Assembly (NCBI GenBank): GCA_001643675.2
Contig: LSRY02000025.1
Span: 682,001 to 746,000, forward strand
DNA: 64,000 nt
DNA from: Monocercomonoides exilis PA203
Taxonomy: Eukaryota > Protista > Preaxostyla
Direction of reading: 5' to 3'
In this document: positions 45,701 through 59,518 of the stretch, one piece after another
How positions within the stretch are numbered: position 1 is the stretch's first letter
How the letters are laid out: every line of letters begins with the position of its first letter
Notes under the pieces: model-generated
Database searches by the model: none
Told to the model about the DNA's origin: nothing
The model's input: only the letters and a program-made list of their open reading frames with translations
Position numbers and translations under genes: made by a program

Positions 45701-48700
45701 GCGACAGCTCTCTGGCGCTGATGCAAGGGGACCAAGGAAACAAAGCACGGAACAGGTTGTCGATATCTTGCATCACTTTCTTGTGGAGGGAAGACGTGTA
45801 GCTCATGGATGGATGGGAACTGCTGCTGGATTTTGATGATAGGGAGGTGGAAGAGGAGGGAGAAGAGGAAGAGGAAGAGGAAGAGGAAGAGGAAGAGGAA
45901 GAAGATTGAGATTTGGAAGCAGATTTGCTTTTAGACACTGGAATTGATGTTTTCGATGACTTATTTTTTGTTGATGTTTTTGAATTCCCTGGATGACTCT
46001 TCTTTCCTCCTTTAGTTTCTGCTACTTCTGCCTCTTTTGTTACTTTTGCTTCTTCTTTCGCTTCTATTCCTTCTGCAACTTTAGCAGAATCTGCCTCTTC
46101 TTCTCCTTTTGCATCGATTTTTTCTTTTTCTTTTCCTTTTGCTTCTGACTCTGCCTCCGCCTCTGCCTCAGCCTCAGCAACCAACGCAGAGAAAGGTTTC
46201 CTCGCCAAATCCGACAGCACCTGATTTGAGAACATCTTGTTCTTCCTCACATCTGCCAGAGATAAAACAGCATTCGCATTGAATGAGGATATCTTCACAC
46301 CAGCCGCGGTTTTCATCTTGTAGTCATTGAAAAGACGGTGCATTGCTAACTCAGCCACGTTCTGAAGATGAGTGAGGCTGTCTGGCTTGTCAATTGGATT
46401 GACAGTGGAATTGAAAGAAGAGTTGGAATTTGTGTTTGAATGAGTTGTATTCTTCGTGTTCTTCGTATTCTTCGCATTGTTCCCATGACTTCCTTTACTT
46501 CCATTTCTCGTGTTCTTCATCTGCTCTTTCTCTTTCTCTTTCTCCTTCTCCTTCTCTTTCTCCTTCTCTTCTCTCTTCCTCACGCCAAAACTCGCTCTTT
46601 CATTGAACAACGCCAGTAATGTCATTCTTTGCTTGTCTCTTCCCTCCAAAATCAACCTCTCCTTCTCCACCAGCGTAGCCAGCGGATGGATATTCAATAT
46701 TCTGTACGATGTTCCATACGGCTTGCAATTGTCCAGTATTTTGAATGTGTTTTCGCGTATTTCTGCTTCAAAAGCTGCTTTTTTCTTCTCATCCAACATA
46801 ATCTGGTATGTGGCAAGCGCCATCTTCTGCTCTGGATCAATGTTTGCATTGTAACGCCGATGAGAAAAGCGATATTTGCTGATCTCTTTTGAAGAAGTGG
46901 TTGATGATGAATATAATGATGCTAAAGATCGATAATGGGAACGCGTTGTACTCGAAACAGGAGTCAGAGAAGAAGAAGTTGATGATGAGGAAGAGGAAGA
47001 AGAAGAGGAGGAGGAGGAGGAGGAGGAGGAAGATGATGATGATATTGTGTGTGCTGATTGTATTGAAGATGATGAAGGAAAAGATTGTTGCTGTGATAAA
47101 GAAGATGGTGAAGTTGAAGAAGAAGACGATGTTGATAATGAAGATGCAGATGAGCGAGTAGATGAAGAGGAAGATGCAGGAATCATAACTGAAGAAGTAG
47201 TTGTAGCAGTAGAAGAAAAAGAAGCTGATGATAATGATGATGATGAGTGTGATTGTGATTGTGATGCCTTTAGTGCAGAAAGAGCTGGAAATGGTTTTAG
47301 TGTATCTGAAGAAGCCGATGCATATGAAGATGCAAATGAAGATGCAGAAGTCGATGAAGGAGCGGATGTATTCATATTGTTTGTTGATTTAGCTGTGGAG
47401 GAAGATGCTGATGATGCTGATGATGTTGTTGATGCTGCCACAGAAGAAGATTGCTTGCTGTTTGAACGTGATCGTGTTTGAGGTCTGTGATGAAGGGCAT
47501 TCTTTGCATGAAACAGGTAACTCTGTTTATCTGACTGCTCTTCAGAGAGAATGGAAGGCTGCTGCAAAGATGATGATGATGATGAAGACGCTTGATATTC
47601 TTCATTCAATGCCTCCAGTTTAGTTTTCTCCTTCTCATTCACATGTTTATTACTAGTCTTCTTCTTTTTCTTCTTCTTCTTCTGTTGCAGTTGCAATTGA
47701 CGTTGTTTTTTCTGTTGTTCTTTTTGTTGTTGCTTTTGTTGCTCTTTTAACTGCGCTTCCACATCTTCCTTCTTCATCAGCTCCACAATCTCTGAGTCCG
47801 GCAGTCTTTTCTCGTGGCTGTAGAACCTCTCGTACTCACTTGCCCTTCTCCTCGCTGCTTTCCTCAGAATCGTCGGCGAATGCGCCACTTTCTGAAAGAG
47901 AAGCGAACGAGGCGGAGGAATCTGCGTCTGCGGTGTCAGCGTTGTGGTGAAGATGTCGTTCAGCCCTGTCTCGACATTCCCCTTCGAAAAGCAGTCGGAA
48001 TGGTACAAATCGTCAAAGCAGCTCGAAAGCCTCGTGTTTTTGCGTATCTCCACCACAATCTTGTACACCCTCCTCAGCACACCCCCCGTGTGTGGCACAG
48101 AAAGCGAGTTTTCTCTTTGATAGTGATCGACTTGCACATATTGGGGTATATACACCACACCTTCAGGAGCTGGGCCGCAGGCAAAGGAAGGTGGAAAGGT
48201 GGGCTTGATCATGTAGCTTGAGTGGGAAGAATGAGGGTCTCTTTTGCTGTTTTTGGGGGGGGTAGATCGGATGGGCTTGCCAGTCGATGATGATGATATT
48301 GATGTTAGTGGAACTGATGATGATGAGGAAGAGGAAGAGGAGGAAGAGGAAGAAGAAGAAGAAGATGCAGATGCAGAAGCTGATGCTGATGTTGCAGCCT
48401 TTCTTTGATACTCTTGATTAACAAGAACATTTTCTCCATTGTTCATCATCATCTCCTGCATTGTTGTTGGGTTGATCACAGAAGAAACTGCATTATTCGA
48501 TGGAAATACCCCAGGGATGAGTGAAGCGTATAGATTACCACTGCGACTGCTGTTAAAAGGTTTATAGGCATCTGCGATATCTTTCTTATGTGCTGTTGTT
48601 TCGAGGAATTTTTGATATGACTGCGAAGAGTTATACTTTGGGTGAGGAGAAGGCGCATTGAAAGAGAAGGTGAGGTTTGGGTTTGGGTTTTGTGGTAAGT

Positions 48701-49338
48701 TGACGTGTGATTGGCCCCAGAGAAGAACGTTGGGCTCGAGGAAGAGAGGAGAGGAGGAAGGAGATGAGGAAGAAGAGGAGGAAGAAGAGGAGAAGGAAGA
48801 GGAAGCAGAAGCTGATGTTGATGCTGATGTTGAAGAAGACGAGGAAGAAGAAGAAGAAGAAGGCGGAGGAGAAGTACAAAAAGTCGACATTTGTTGATTG
48901 TTTGACATTGAATTCTTTTGTGGCTGTGAAGGTGATGTGGATGATGATGATGACGTTGATGATGCAGAAGAAATGGAAGAAATTGAAGACGAAGAAGGAG
49001 AAGAAGAATCAGAGGATGGATTTGCAGCTGAATGCTGCAATTGGGCTTGTTGAAGCTGCAGTGCTTGAACTGACTGCTGCTTCTGATTCTGATTTTGTGT
49101 TTGGTTTATTTGATTGGTCATTGGCATCATCTGAGAGATAGAGACAAGCTGAGTGGGAGAAGGCAAAGAAGAATATGAAGGAATGAATTGCATAGCTAAG
49201 GCTTGACTCTGTTGCTGTTGCTGTTGCTGTTGATGGTTGAGAGAGGAAGAAGAGAGAGAAGAAAGGGATGGTGTGATATTGGTGGAATGGGTAGGATGGG
49301 TGGGCTGGGAATGTTGAGGGGAGTTTGTGGAATGGAAA

Positions 49339-49369
<31 letters not shown>

Positions 49370-52245
49370 GTAACGACGATTCTGAAGAAGAAGAAGAAGA
49401 AGAAGAAGAAAGAGAAGAAAGGGAATTTGACAAGTCAGTTGAAGCAACATCAGAAGTATTGTTTGCAGGTGAAACAAAAATTGCATCTTCTTTCTGTGAA
49501 GCAGGAGAAGAAGATGGAGATAAAAGTGGTGAATGCGTTTGTGGAATGCGATTGAATGGAATGGGGTGATGTATGGAATTGTGTATGGATTGTGGGGTGT
49601 TCTGTGTAATGGAATGGTGAATGTTAAAGGGAATGTTTGATGGATTGTTGAATGGGATGGACTGTGGAATGGACTGTGGTGTGGGTATTGTGGTGTGAGT
49701 AGGGTCTTTAAACGTATCGGGTGAGGTGGAAATCAATGAAGAAGCCGAATTCGAATTAAAACTTAAATTTGTGTTTGAAATTGAATCGGAATTCGACATA
49801 GAAATTTTGGTGGAAGAGGATAAAAGAGGTTGTGTTTGTGTGGTTTCATTGGATGAAGAGAAAGATGATTGAGAAGATGCTGCTTCAGTTGATGGAATTA
49901 AGTTAATTTCTGGTATACTTAAGGAAGATAATGAAGATGAAGAAGCAGATGAAGAAGAAGAAGAAGAAGAAGACGATGACGATGATTCATTTTTCATCGA
50001 AGAAGAAGGGGCAGGTGGTGGAAGAGAAGATGTGGATGAAGAAGTAATCGAAGCTGAAACTGAAGCTGAAGCTGAGGCAGAGGCTGGTGTAGATGAAGAA
50101 GAAGACGAATCGTTTGACAAATCAGAAATGATTGAATTTTTATCTGTTCCAATTATCATTCGCTTTCGTATTTTGCTTTCATTATCATCTTCTTCTTCTT
50201 CTTCAAAATTTACATCATCAAAATCACTTCTTTTTTCTTCTTCTTCCTTCTCCTTCTCCTTTTTCTCTTTCTTTCTCTCTCTCTCTCTCTCTGCTTCTGC
50301 CTTTGCCTCTGCCTCCACCGCCATAAACGCTTCATGTGCATCTTCACTCCCTGCTGCCTCCAACTCTTTGTTCCACAGCGCATACAACTCCCCTTCAGCC
50401 AGTGAGCCTGGCTGTGTTATGTTCTCCAGCAGCGCCTCTTTCATCAGCTTGTACAAATCAGACGTGTCAACGCTGTTTTCATTGAATTCACTGCTTTTGT
50501 CTTCTTTTCCCTCATTTCTCTCGTTTCTCTCATTAATTTCATTAATAACGCTCCTTTCACTACTGCCTTTAAAACTTTTATTTCGTTCTTTACTTCCACT
50601 GCTTATGCTGCCAATGCTGCTAACACCGCTAACACTGCCAATGTCGCTAATACTGCTAACACTATAAACAGAGCTATTAAAACTCCCACTACTTCTCTTC
50701 TTCTCCCTCGCCTCCTTCTCAATCTTCTGGAATATTTCATCCACATTCCGTCTGATTGAAGCTTGGCTGCATTCGCCTTTCAGCATCGCTAGCACTTCTT
50801 TGTCCAGCTCCTGCACCAGAAGCTTTGACGCCTCTGGACGTTCCTCATAATAGCCGGTGTCTTCTTCTCTTTCTTCTTCTTCTTCTTCTTCTTCCTCCTC
50901 CTCCTCCTCTCCTTCCCCTTCTTCTTCTTCCCCTTCTTCTTCTTCTTCTTTCATTCCTGATTTCAATTGCATAGATTCATATCCAGTTTGATAAGAACCT
51001 CTCATTTTTGAGCTTTCGTATATATTTTGTCTCTGAAATGCTCCTTCAGCCAGTTGAGAAGCCAACTGCGGGTTCAACAGCAGGTTTTTCCTCGCTCTCT
51101 CTGACTTGAACGTGAGCTGCTGCTTCACCAGCTCAATCATCTGGTTTTGCAGCTGCAGATATTCCTGATACAAAGTCTCAGTTGACTCAACATCACTCAA
51201 TTGATGTGAAACTGGCATTTTCTTGGCAGTGCTGCTCGCAAAGGAAGACATTAATCCACTTCCCGTATTTTGTTCAGCAGAAATCTGGTTTTTTTTTTCA
51301 AGAAACGCTTTTTCTAAGGAAATTCTCTTGTGAATTGTTCGAAATTCATTATAACCGCTGTAAATATCACGGAAATAATCGTATTCGGCTTCGATAATTC
51401 TTTCATTGTCGCACGACTCGTCAAACGGATACCTTTCAAAAGTGTAGCCGTCTTGATCATCCTTAAGAAGTGCAGGAACATTGAAAAATACAACTCTTCG
51501 CTCTTTTTGCGCCAAGAGCAGGCCTTTCAGTTTCAGCTTAAGTAAATAAAGCTCTTGACGCCTAAAAATAACGCGCGAGCTGACGAACTCGCTAGGGATG
51601 TTGTTCAACATGTCTTTAGTATCCTTTGTGCATGGTGCATAACTGTCCATAATTGGTTTGAGCATTCTGAGAAAGAGATACACAACCAACGGCTTGTCTA
51701 AGTACAGTAAAAAAATTCGCACGCTTGTTTCTTCCAAAGTATATACTCCATGGCAGAAGGAATCCAGCAAAATAAGACTTTCGTAAAATCGGTGGATCCT
51801 GATTCCATCTGAAGGTGGATTCAGATCTTGCGTTTCGCCTTTAGATATAAACAATAAATATACATACAAGTTGATGTTTAAAAATGGTTTAAACGAATTA
51901 TAAAATAAAAATTTTGAAAATAATTTTTGATCTGAACACTAAATAAAAAAGCTCAAAACTTCCAATCTGAAGAAGGTATGGTGTGGATTCAAAGAGTCCT
52001 AAAGCTTTAATAGTTTGATTAAGCAGCTGCTGAAGATAATTTGGGAACTTCAGAAGCGTAGGAGCTCCCACGAAATCAATATGGCCACTAAATGGTGGCT
52101 GGAACAGTTGATGTTCAATGGTATCTTCTCCATTGAATGGTTTATTGTCATTCTTTTCTTTACTTATATTCTCGTTCTTGTCTGCCGAGGCAGTGGTCTT
52201 CAGGGATTCATTATTTGAGATCACTTCAGGTGTTTTTGTGATCAT
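29418..52245 (-). CDS. Giant (~7,570 aa) Ser/Glu/Lys/Gln-rich low-complexity protein of unknown function; 2 exons
   Basis: Exon 1 52245-51960, intron 51959-51839 (GTTTTG..CTAAAG) joining LQIG-S-ETQDLNPP in frame, and exon 2 51838-29418 with no stop codon. Confidence 0.8.
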
Positions 52246-54723
52246 TTTTCTGTGTGGCTGTTAACGGTATTATTCAATTGATTGGAAGATGTTGAGTTAT
52301 TTTTAATTGAAGAAAAAACGCTCAGATATTTTTTAATAAATATAAGTTGCTTTGAATCGTCGCTAAAAGTTTAGTCGTTGAGTGATAAACAACAAACTTT
52401 CAATTCTGATCCAACCAAATTATGGCTTAGAATTTGTGCCTTAATGGTTAAAATATATAACAATAGCACAAACAAATTTATGTTATCGATAAATACAATG
52501 AACGAAATGAAAAATATTTCTGCACTTTGCATGAATTATCACAGCATAAAGATTTATGATGATTTTTTCTAATAACCCGAAAATCTTTGATTAATGGGAA
52601 GAAGGAACAATCAAGTCATTTGAATAAGAACAATGTTTACTTATTACTTCTTCTTTTATTAATTTTTGGAGAAAAAAGATATTTATTGCTTTGTTAAAGA
52701 TTTTTTTCTACAAATTTTTCCAATAAAAACAAGAAGACAACAAAAAAACAATCTATTTCATTGATAACGCATGTGCTTTGCTTGATATATGTTATTGTGT
52801 TCTCGTTTTACAGATGATCTTTTTTCATTTATCAATTTGCGTATAAGATCATTCTCCACTTGTTTTTCATTTTCCTGCTAAAGCGCATCGTTCAGAGAAT
52901 ATAGCAACTAATTATAAAATAAATATAGAGAATTTCTTGATTAACGAAAAATTTAATCTCGTGTGTTTTTTGCTTCACGAAGAATAACTTGAGATCATTT
53001 GAAAAGTTATTTGTGCAATGGTTATGGGCTAATTATTTGGAGGAGTTAAAGATTACTTATTTAGGACTGTCTGAAAGGATCATTTTGAAAATGCATCACA
53101 TTTCACAAAAAGATTATTCCATTTAGCGCATTATTTGAATACGTTCTCATATTGATTTGTTTTATACTTATATCAATAACTCTTACAAATTTTTGTAACC
53201 GTTTTGGCGATTTTCAGAAAGCTGCATCTTCTCTACATATTTTCATAATGTTATATTTGTGTTCCTGAACATGAATTGTTTCATTTCGTGGTTGTTTTTT
53301 TCAGTTTTGCTTGTTTTGACAACTGTTATTTTCACAGATTAAGTTTGTATGATTTGGTCGATTGATCCTGTTGCATTTCGCGATCACACATTAAAAATGG
53401 AGATAAGAAGATAGAAATCTGCATTTTTTTGCAGCGGAGCTGTTGTCTTCCGAATTATTGAACAACAATGCAAATATTCACAAAATGGCATGTCAAAAAT
53501 AAAAGTAGAAGAGAAAATAAAAGAAAAACTTGTAAATTTACTGCAAGATTGAAGTTTTTCTGTGAGTTGACTAATAACATTAAAGAGAAAACAAAGCGTT
53601 ATACGAAATATTTTTCGAAAAATATGTGAGCAAACAAAACAAACAGTGCATGACGTCACGATTAATACAACAAACAAAAAAACAGTTAGATTGGGAGAGG
53701 GAAAATAAACTGTAATAATAGTGGAATAAATGGTATTCATAATATAGAAACAAAGACACTTATCAAAAAAGCGAGTGATATGGGCTGTCTTTCATGCAGC
53801 AAGATGAGTTAAGCAAAGCAAAATAAATAAATAAAATGTTGAAAAAAATTTATTATGTTAAGTTCAGAACAGCTTGAATAATATAGATGAGCAAAATAAT
53901 ATTGGAACAATAAAAAAAAATAAAAAATAAATAAAATAAAATAAAAATTTTTGCTTAGCATAGAAACGACTGCGCAAGACAGCAAACAAATTTCTTTCTT
54001 CATTGGAAATAAAAGGAAAAAAAAAGAAAGAAAGAAAGAAAGAAAAAATAAAAAGATACACGTTCAATTCTGTTTGAAGCAAACGTCTGAATATCATCGA
54101 ATAATTATCTCTCTTTCCCTCTTTCCCTCTTTCTCTCACTCTCTCTATCTCTTTTTCCATCTTTTTCAATCTCTTTCTCTCATCTCAATCCTCATTCTTT
54201 CTCTTTGTTGACCTCAGTTAAAATAAAAATTAAATAAAATAAAATAAAAATAAAATAAAATAAAAATAAAATAAAATAAAATGTGTTTATATCGCATTCA
54301 GTCCAAAACGGAATAAAGGAAATAAACCAACAATAAGAATTCAAAATAAAATAAATAAAATAAATAATAATAACAAACAAAAAATAGATATTTAAATAAA
54401 GCATGCACATGTGGTTACATCACTGCAATGACAAATGAGAAGCTTGATCGAATATTCCAAATGAATTTCTATTTAAATTTGATGATCTTCAAAACTCTTT
54501 TAAAAAATTGTCTTTCTCTTATTTCTTTTCATTTGATATTTCACTCTTATCTATTAAATTGTCTTCCTTTTTTTGATTTGAAGACTTTTCCTTTCTCTTC
54601 CTTTCTTTTTCTCTCTTTCTGTTTCTCTTTTCTTCCTCATTTTCTTCTATCATCAAAATAAAATCATAATCAACATTATCATAATAATAATAATAGTAAA
54701 ATAATAGTAATCCTTCTCTTCCT

Positions 54724-55385
54724 CTAATATTCATACGCAGATCTTGCATACATCGGGTAGTTCTGCATCATCTGCGCACTCATCACTGCATCATAGTTTA
54801 ATCCCCCCATCCCATTCATCCCCATCCCATTCATTCCATTTATCCCCATTCCGCCTCCTCCTCCGACTCCAACACCAACTCCTCCTCCATATGCCCCAAG
54901 CGCCATCATCTCATTGTACCTCATGTTATTCATACTGCTCATGCTATTCCCTCTGCTTCCTCCATCCCTCCCGTTTGCCGTGCTGTTTCTGCTCCCCTTC
55001 TTCTCCTTCTTCCTTCCTCCTCCTCCTCCTCCTCCTCCCCCAACATCCACCACCCCTTTCTTCTCCCTCTCCTCTTTCCTCTTCTGCCTCCGCTCCATTC
55101 GCATTCTCTTCTTCTTCTCTGCCTCTGTCTCTTTCTTCCACAAGTCCCTTCCACACATCAGAATACACAGTGAAGGCAAAGAAGACGCTAATATGATCAA
55201 AAGAGCTGCCCAGATGAATGTGAGGTTGTGCGAGATGGAAATGAAGATGGCATTGAGAAAGGCATAAAGCGTCGCTGTGACTGTCTCCTGGTTGATGATG
55301 TTCATCACAACAGAATTGAATGTGGAAAGAGCATTCATTGAGGTGGTGCCTAAGTCGTTTAGGTGGTTCTTGGGAGAGGGGAGAA

Positions 55386-55420
<35 letters not shown>

Positions 55421-58400
55421 AATGGAAAGAAAGAGAGAAAGAAAGAAAAATAGCAGATTGAAAGAAAAGGCAATGACAAAGAAAGAGGAAAAATAAAAAT
55501 AAAGCAAAGAAAAGCAAAATTTTATTCAATAAACCAAATATTTAAAAGAAAGAAAGAAAGAAAAAATAACAATAATCATTGCATGCACAAGTATGCATTT
55601 CATATATTTCATGCTTTTCATTTATTTCACATATTTCACACATATTTTCCTCAGTCCAAACACACCCTCATCGCCTGCCTCGGCTCTCGATCCACCAAAA
55701 ATGTCTGTGGATTTTTCATTTTATTCACAAGATTCATAAACGTGTTATTCATTCCTTTGATAAACGTCGTCTCAACCGGATTCTGCTCTCCATCTTTGTG
55801 TCTCAAGTAGAAGTTGCCTATGGCACTGCCATTGAGCAGAGCAAAGGGAAGGAATTCATCATAGGTGGGGGCATCGAAACTGTTGGGATGGGGAGAGGAA
55901 GAAGAAGACGAGGAGGAAGGAGAAGAAGAAGAAGAAATTGATGATGATGATGATGATTGGTGTGGTGAAGATGAAGATGTGTATGATTGTGTCTGTGAAT
56001 GTGATTGCGGTTGTGATTGTGAAGTGTGTGGTGATTGTGTTGAAGAAGCACTTAATGAATCCAACAGAGACGCTTCAGAAAATGATGGAAAAGAAGAAGA
56101 AGCAGAAGAAGAACTTCTCAAAGAATCACCAACCGAATTCGCACAAATCGACTCTTCCAACAGAAATCCATTCATTCCATTTCTTTCCCCTATCGCCGTC
56201 TCCATCTCCATTGCCATCTTCATCTCCATCATTGCTTCTGTCACTGCTGCTACTGCTGCTGCCGGCTCTGTTTTATTCGCCGGTTTTGTAAGGTCGACGA
56301 TGAAGTCGAAGATTGGGTAGAATTTGACGAGGTCTTTGCCCCTGTAGAGGTCGTTGTATGTGTCCATCAGCCCAATGCCCAGCACCGCCAAAGCAACTGC
56401 CACGACTGCCACAATGAACAAGAACACAAACTGGAAGAAGATGGAGCAGCACAGCAAGGAGTCAACAGAGTTGCAGAACGTGCAAGGGACTGTGGAGATG
56501 ACGATGAGCGAGTAAACACCCAGAAATGCTGCAAGCGAATAGAATATGACATCTCCATATCCCTTGTAGATCTTCAGATACTCGTTGATAAACCCACCAA
56601 AATCCGCCAAGTAGTTCTTTGCTCGGAAAAGCGTGTCCTCTGCTTCAAAAAACAGGCTGTCGATGGCAACTGTCGCGTCTGTCAGCTCATCCAGCGCAGC
56701 GTCTGCAAAGCGGAGCTCAGCAGAAAGAGAGGATGCTCCTGACGCACCTATGAAAACGGGGTCTGGTGTGCAGAGTTTGGAGTTAATGAGAGAAAGAGAA
56801 TAGCTTTTTGAGGTGTTGTTGGCGGCTATCTCGATGGCACTGAGTGAGGTGGCATACCAGGTTGGTTGGGCCGATAATAAGTGAGAGGAAGAAGAGAAAG
56901 AAGAGGAAGAGGAAGAAGAAGAAGAAGAATAGGAAGAAGAATAGGAAGAGGAAGAGGAGTAAGGAGAAGAGAATGCTGAATAAGCCGAATCATAACCCGA
57001 TCCAAAATAGCCATCAAATCCCCCTTCTCCATTCGCTTCACTTTCCCCCTCGTTTTCTCCTTGTCTAAACAGCCCACACATCTCTCCGTCTTTCGATCTC
57101 AAGTCATCTACTTCCACCAGAAACTCATTCATCGCAAGCATCAGCGCCTTCGCCTCTTCCTTCGCGCCTTCCCACGCCTCCTTGTTGCTCTGCTGCGTGC
57201 TTTCTGCATTCGGCAGCAAACTATCAAGTTCTTGCAGCTTCGTCACCACTACCGCCAAGTCCGTTCCATCAACATCTGTTTGAATCGAAGCAACTTTCTC
57301 GTCGAGCAATGCAAGCGACTGCCGAATCTTCGCCTCGGAATCGCCTACTTCTGCCATGGCATTCGTGTGGAAAGCAGAAAGAGAAGTGAAAAAAGTGAAA
57401 ATGGAGTTGTAGAGAGGAAGCAGTGTGGTGCGCACTTGCTGACAGACTTCTCTCAGTCTCAGAGTGGAGTCAGTGACGGATGTGGTGTTGGTGGCATTGT
57501 TTGGTGTGTGTGAAGTGCGTGGGTGCATGTTTGGAGGGACTGATGGTGGCGACGATGAAAAAAATAAAGAGGAAGAGGAAGAAGTGGAAGTGGAAGTGGA
57601 AGAAGAAAAAGAGGAAGAAGAAGATGATGATGATGATGAAGTTAGCTCAGATGGTAGAAATGATGTGAGTTCATTGAAAGATGAATAGCTTCGAACATCC
57701 TTCCTTCCTTTTCTCTCTGAAGCAATGCACTTCTTCTTCTTCTTCTTCAACTGATCTTCTTCTCTCTCATAATTATCATGCTTCTTCCTGTCGCTTTCAC
57801 AAAAACTTTCAAAACCTTCTCTGAAACACTCTTTATTCCCCCTGCTTGTCTGTGCAATCACATCATCTGGCTCGGCCATCGATGCATCGTAAGCAGCCAG
57901 GGCAGCTGTGATGTTTCCTTTGAAGTTGCTCCAGGAACTTGGCGGGGCAACAGGGAAAAAACTTCCTCGACTGCCTCCGCCATTGTTGTTGATGGCATTG
58001 AGTGTTGTTTGACTAATGATAATTGGGGAAGGGGGAAGGGGGAAGGGGGAAAGGAAGTGGGTGATGGTGTATTTAAGTATTGTTTGTGATGAAGAGAAAT
58101 TAACAATATAAAATAATAATTATAATAAAAATTCAATAATCAATAAAAAATAATGATAATGAAAAACAAGAAGAAAAAGCATATGTGAAAGAAAAACAGA
58201 AATATGCAAACATCGAAAGCGCTTCGTCAATTGCTTCGTTTATGCGCATTAACTCTTCGCTAACCACTCCAGCACCTGATTCTGTAAGGAAGTCTCCAAC
58301 GCCTCCTGTCATGTTTAGAAATGTTTCTCCCACTTTCATTCGTAGTTCATTAAAAAATCAAATAAATGCGTTGTATTGGTAAAATATGTATTCAATTACA

Positions 58401-59316
58401 ATTTTTTTAAAAAAAAAAAACGTTAAAAAATTTTTTCAGTAAAATATTTATAATAAATATTATTTTTGCCACACTGTTTGAAATAGCTTCAAGTTTATCG
58501 ACAGCGTCTAAAAACCAATTGACTGTTCCTGTGCAATTGTTAAATGTTCCCTTGACACTGTTATTTAGTAAAATACCTCCAACAGCCGCAAGAACAATTC
58601 CAAAACTAAAGTTAATATAAATGGGGTGAAATGCAAGAATGCAATATATTGAAAAACAGTAATAAAATAAAAATAAAAAGTGGGTGATTAATTTGATAAT
58701 CTAGCTTTGAAAATTAATTAATCATACAGTAGAAAAATTGATAAAATCAAAAAGCATATTCGACAAAAGCATTGCGTCTTCTTTCTTGTGTGGTCACGAC
58801 AAGCTGTGCATGGAGAAGGTTTTTTCCCTTCAACGGGTTTTGATCCGATGCATTGTAAAATACACCACCAAAAACCAATAAACAAAACAGCAAGAAAAAA
58901 TAGTGCTGTTGGAATTGCTATTCCGATAATGCTCTAATTTTCCATAAAGCATCAATGAAGATATTTAATATAAATAATCTATCAATTAAATGAAACGAGA
59001 AACACACAACACAGTATGAAAGGCACAGCTGAAATATATCATCAGTTTTGATTGTATCGGCAAGCAAAAAATTCACTGCAACATCGGAAAAGGATGTAAC
59101 TTCAAATGTTGTACTTCCTAAGGTGTGACTTTTCTTAATTCTTGGAATGATATTCGCCACATCATAAATTGCCCTTGCAATCCAATTGACAAAATTTTGT
59201 TGGTCAATCACTAATGTTCAAACATATAAAAATGAATACAATAAAATTGCATATTTCCAACCTCCTTGCACAACGTCTCGTGCGGATATATTCAAAAATA
59301 ACAACAAAAGCCACAT
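54724..59316 (-). CDS. Pentaspan membrane glycoprotein, prominin/tweety-like; ~7 exons
   Basis: Signal peptide MWLLLLFLNISA. TM1 (PTALFFLAVLFIGFWWC), Cys-rich loop, TM2 (RICFLILSIFL..LGIVLAAVGGILL), long helical ectodomain with NxT sites, TM3/TM4 flanking a Cys-rich loop (VPCTFCNSVDSLLCCSIFF), a second ectoloop, TM5 (FIWAALLIILASSLPSLCIL) and a basic/Gly-Met tail. Junctions checked in frame: ISN-M-GETF, ALS-I-QTTL and AMR|NHL. Confidence 0.65.
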
Positions 59317-59518
59317 CTAAACGTATTAAATGATCTTTATATATTATTGTTTAAAAATCAAAAAAACAAAAACAATTTTAAATGTCAACGTGATTGTTGA
59401 AAATTGTACCAACTGTTTCTTTATTCAAGATGTTTAAAAACCCACCAATTAAACGAAGATTTTTAATTTTTTGGGCAAGATCATAATTGATCTTTTAAAC
59501 AAAAGAATTAGCTGCATC

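Noticed and set aside
51400-52100. CHD-type SANT/SLIDE similarity in the giant protein's ordered segments
   Set aside because: The resemblance is too vague by eye and no helicase or chromodomain motifs are present; it needs a profile search.
52250-54720. Hidden gene, snoRNA or element in the 2.4-kb AT-rich gap
   Set aside because: Only short low-complexity ORFs and (TAAAA)n runs were seen, with no coherent exon chain, paired C/D boxes or terminal repeats.
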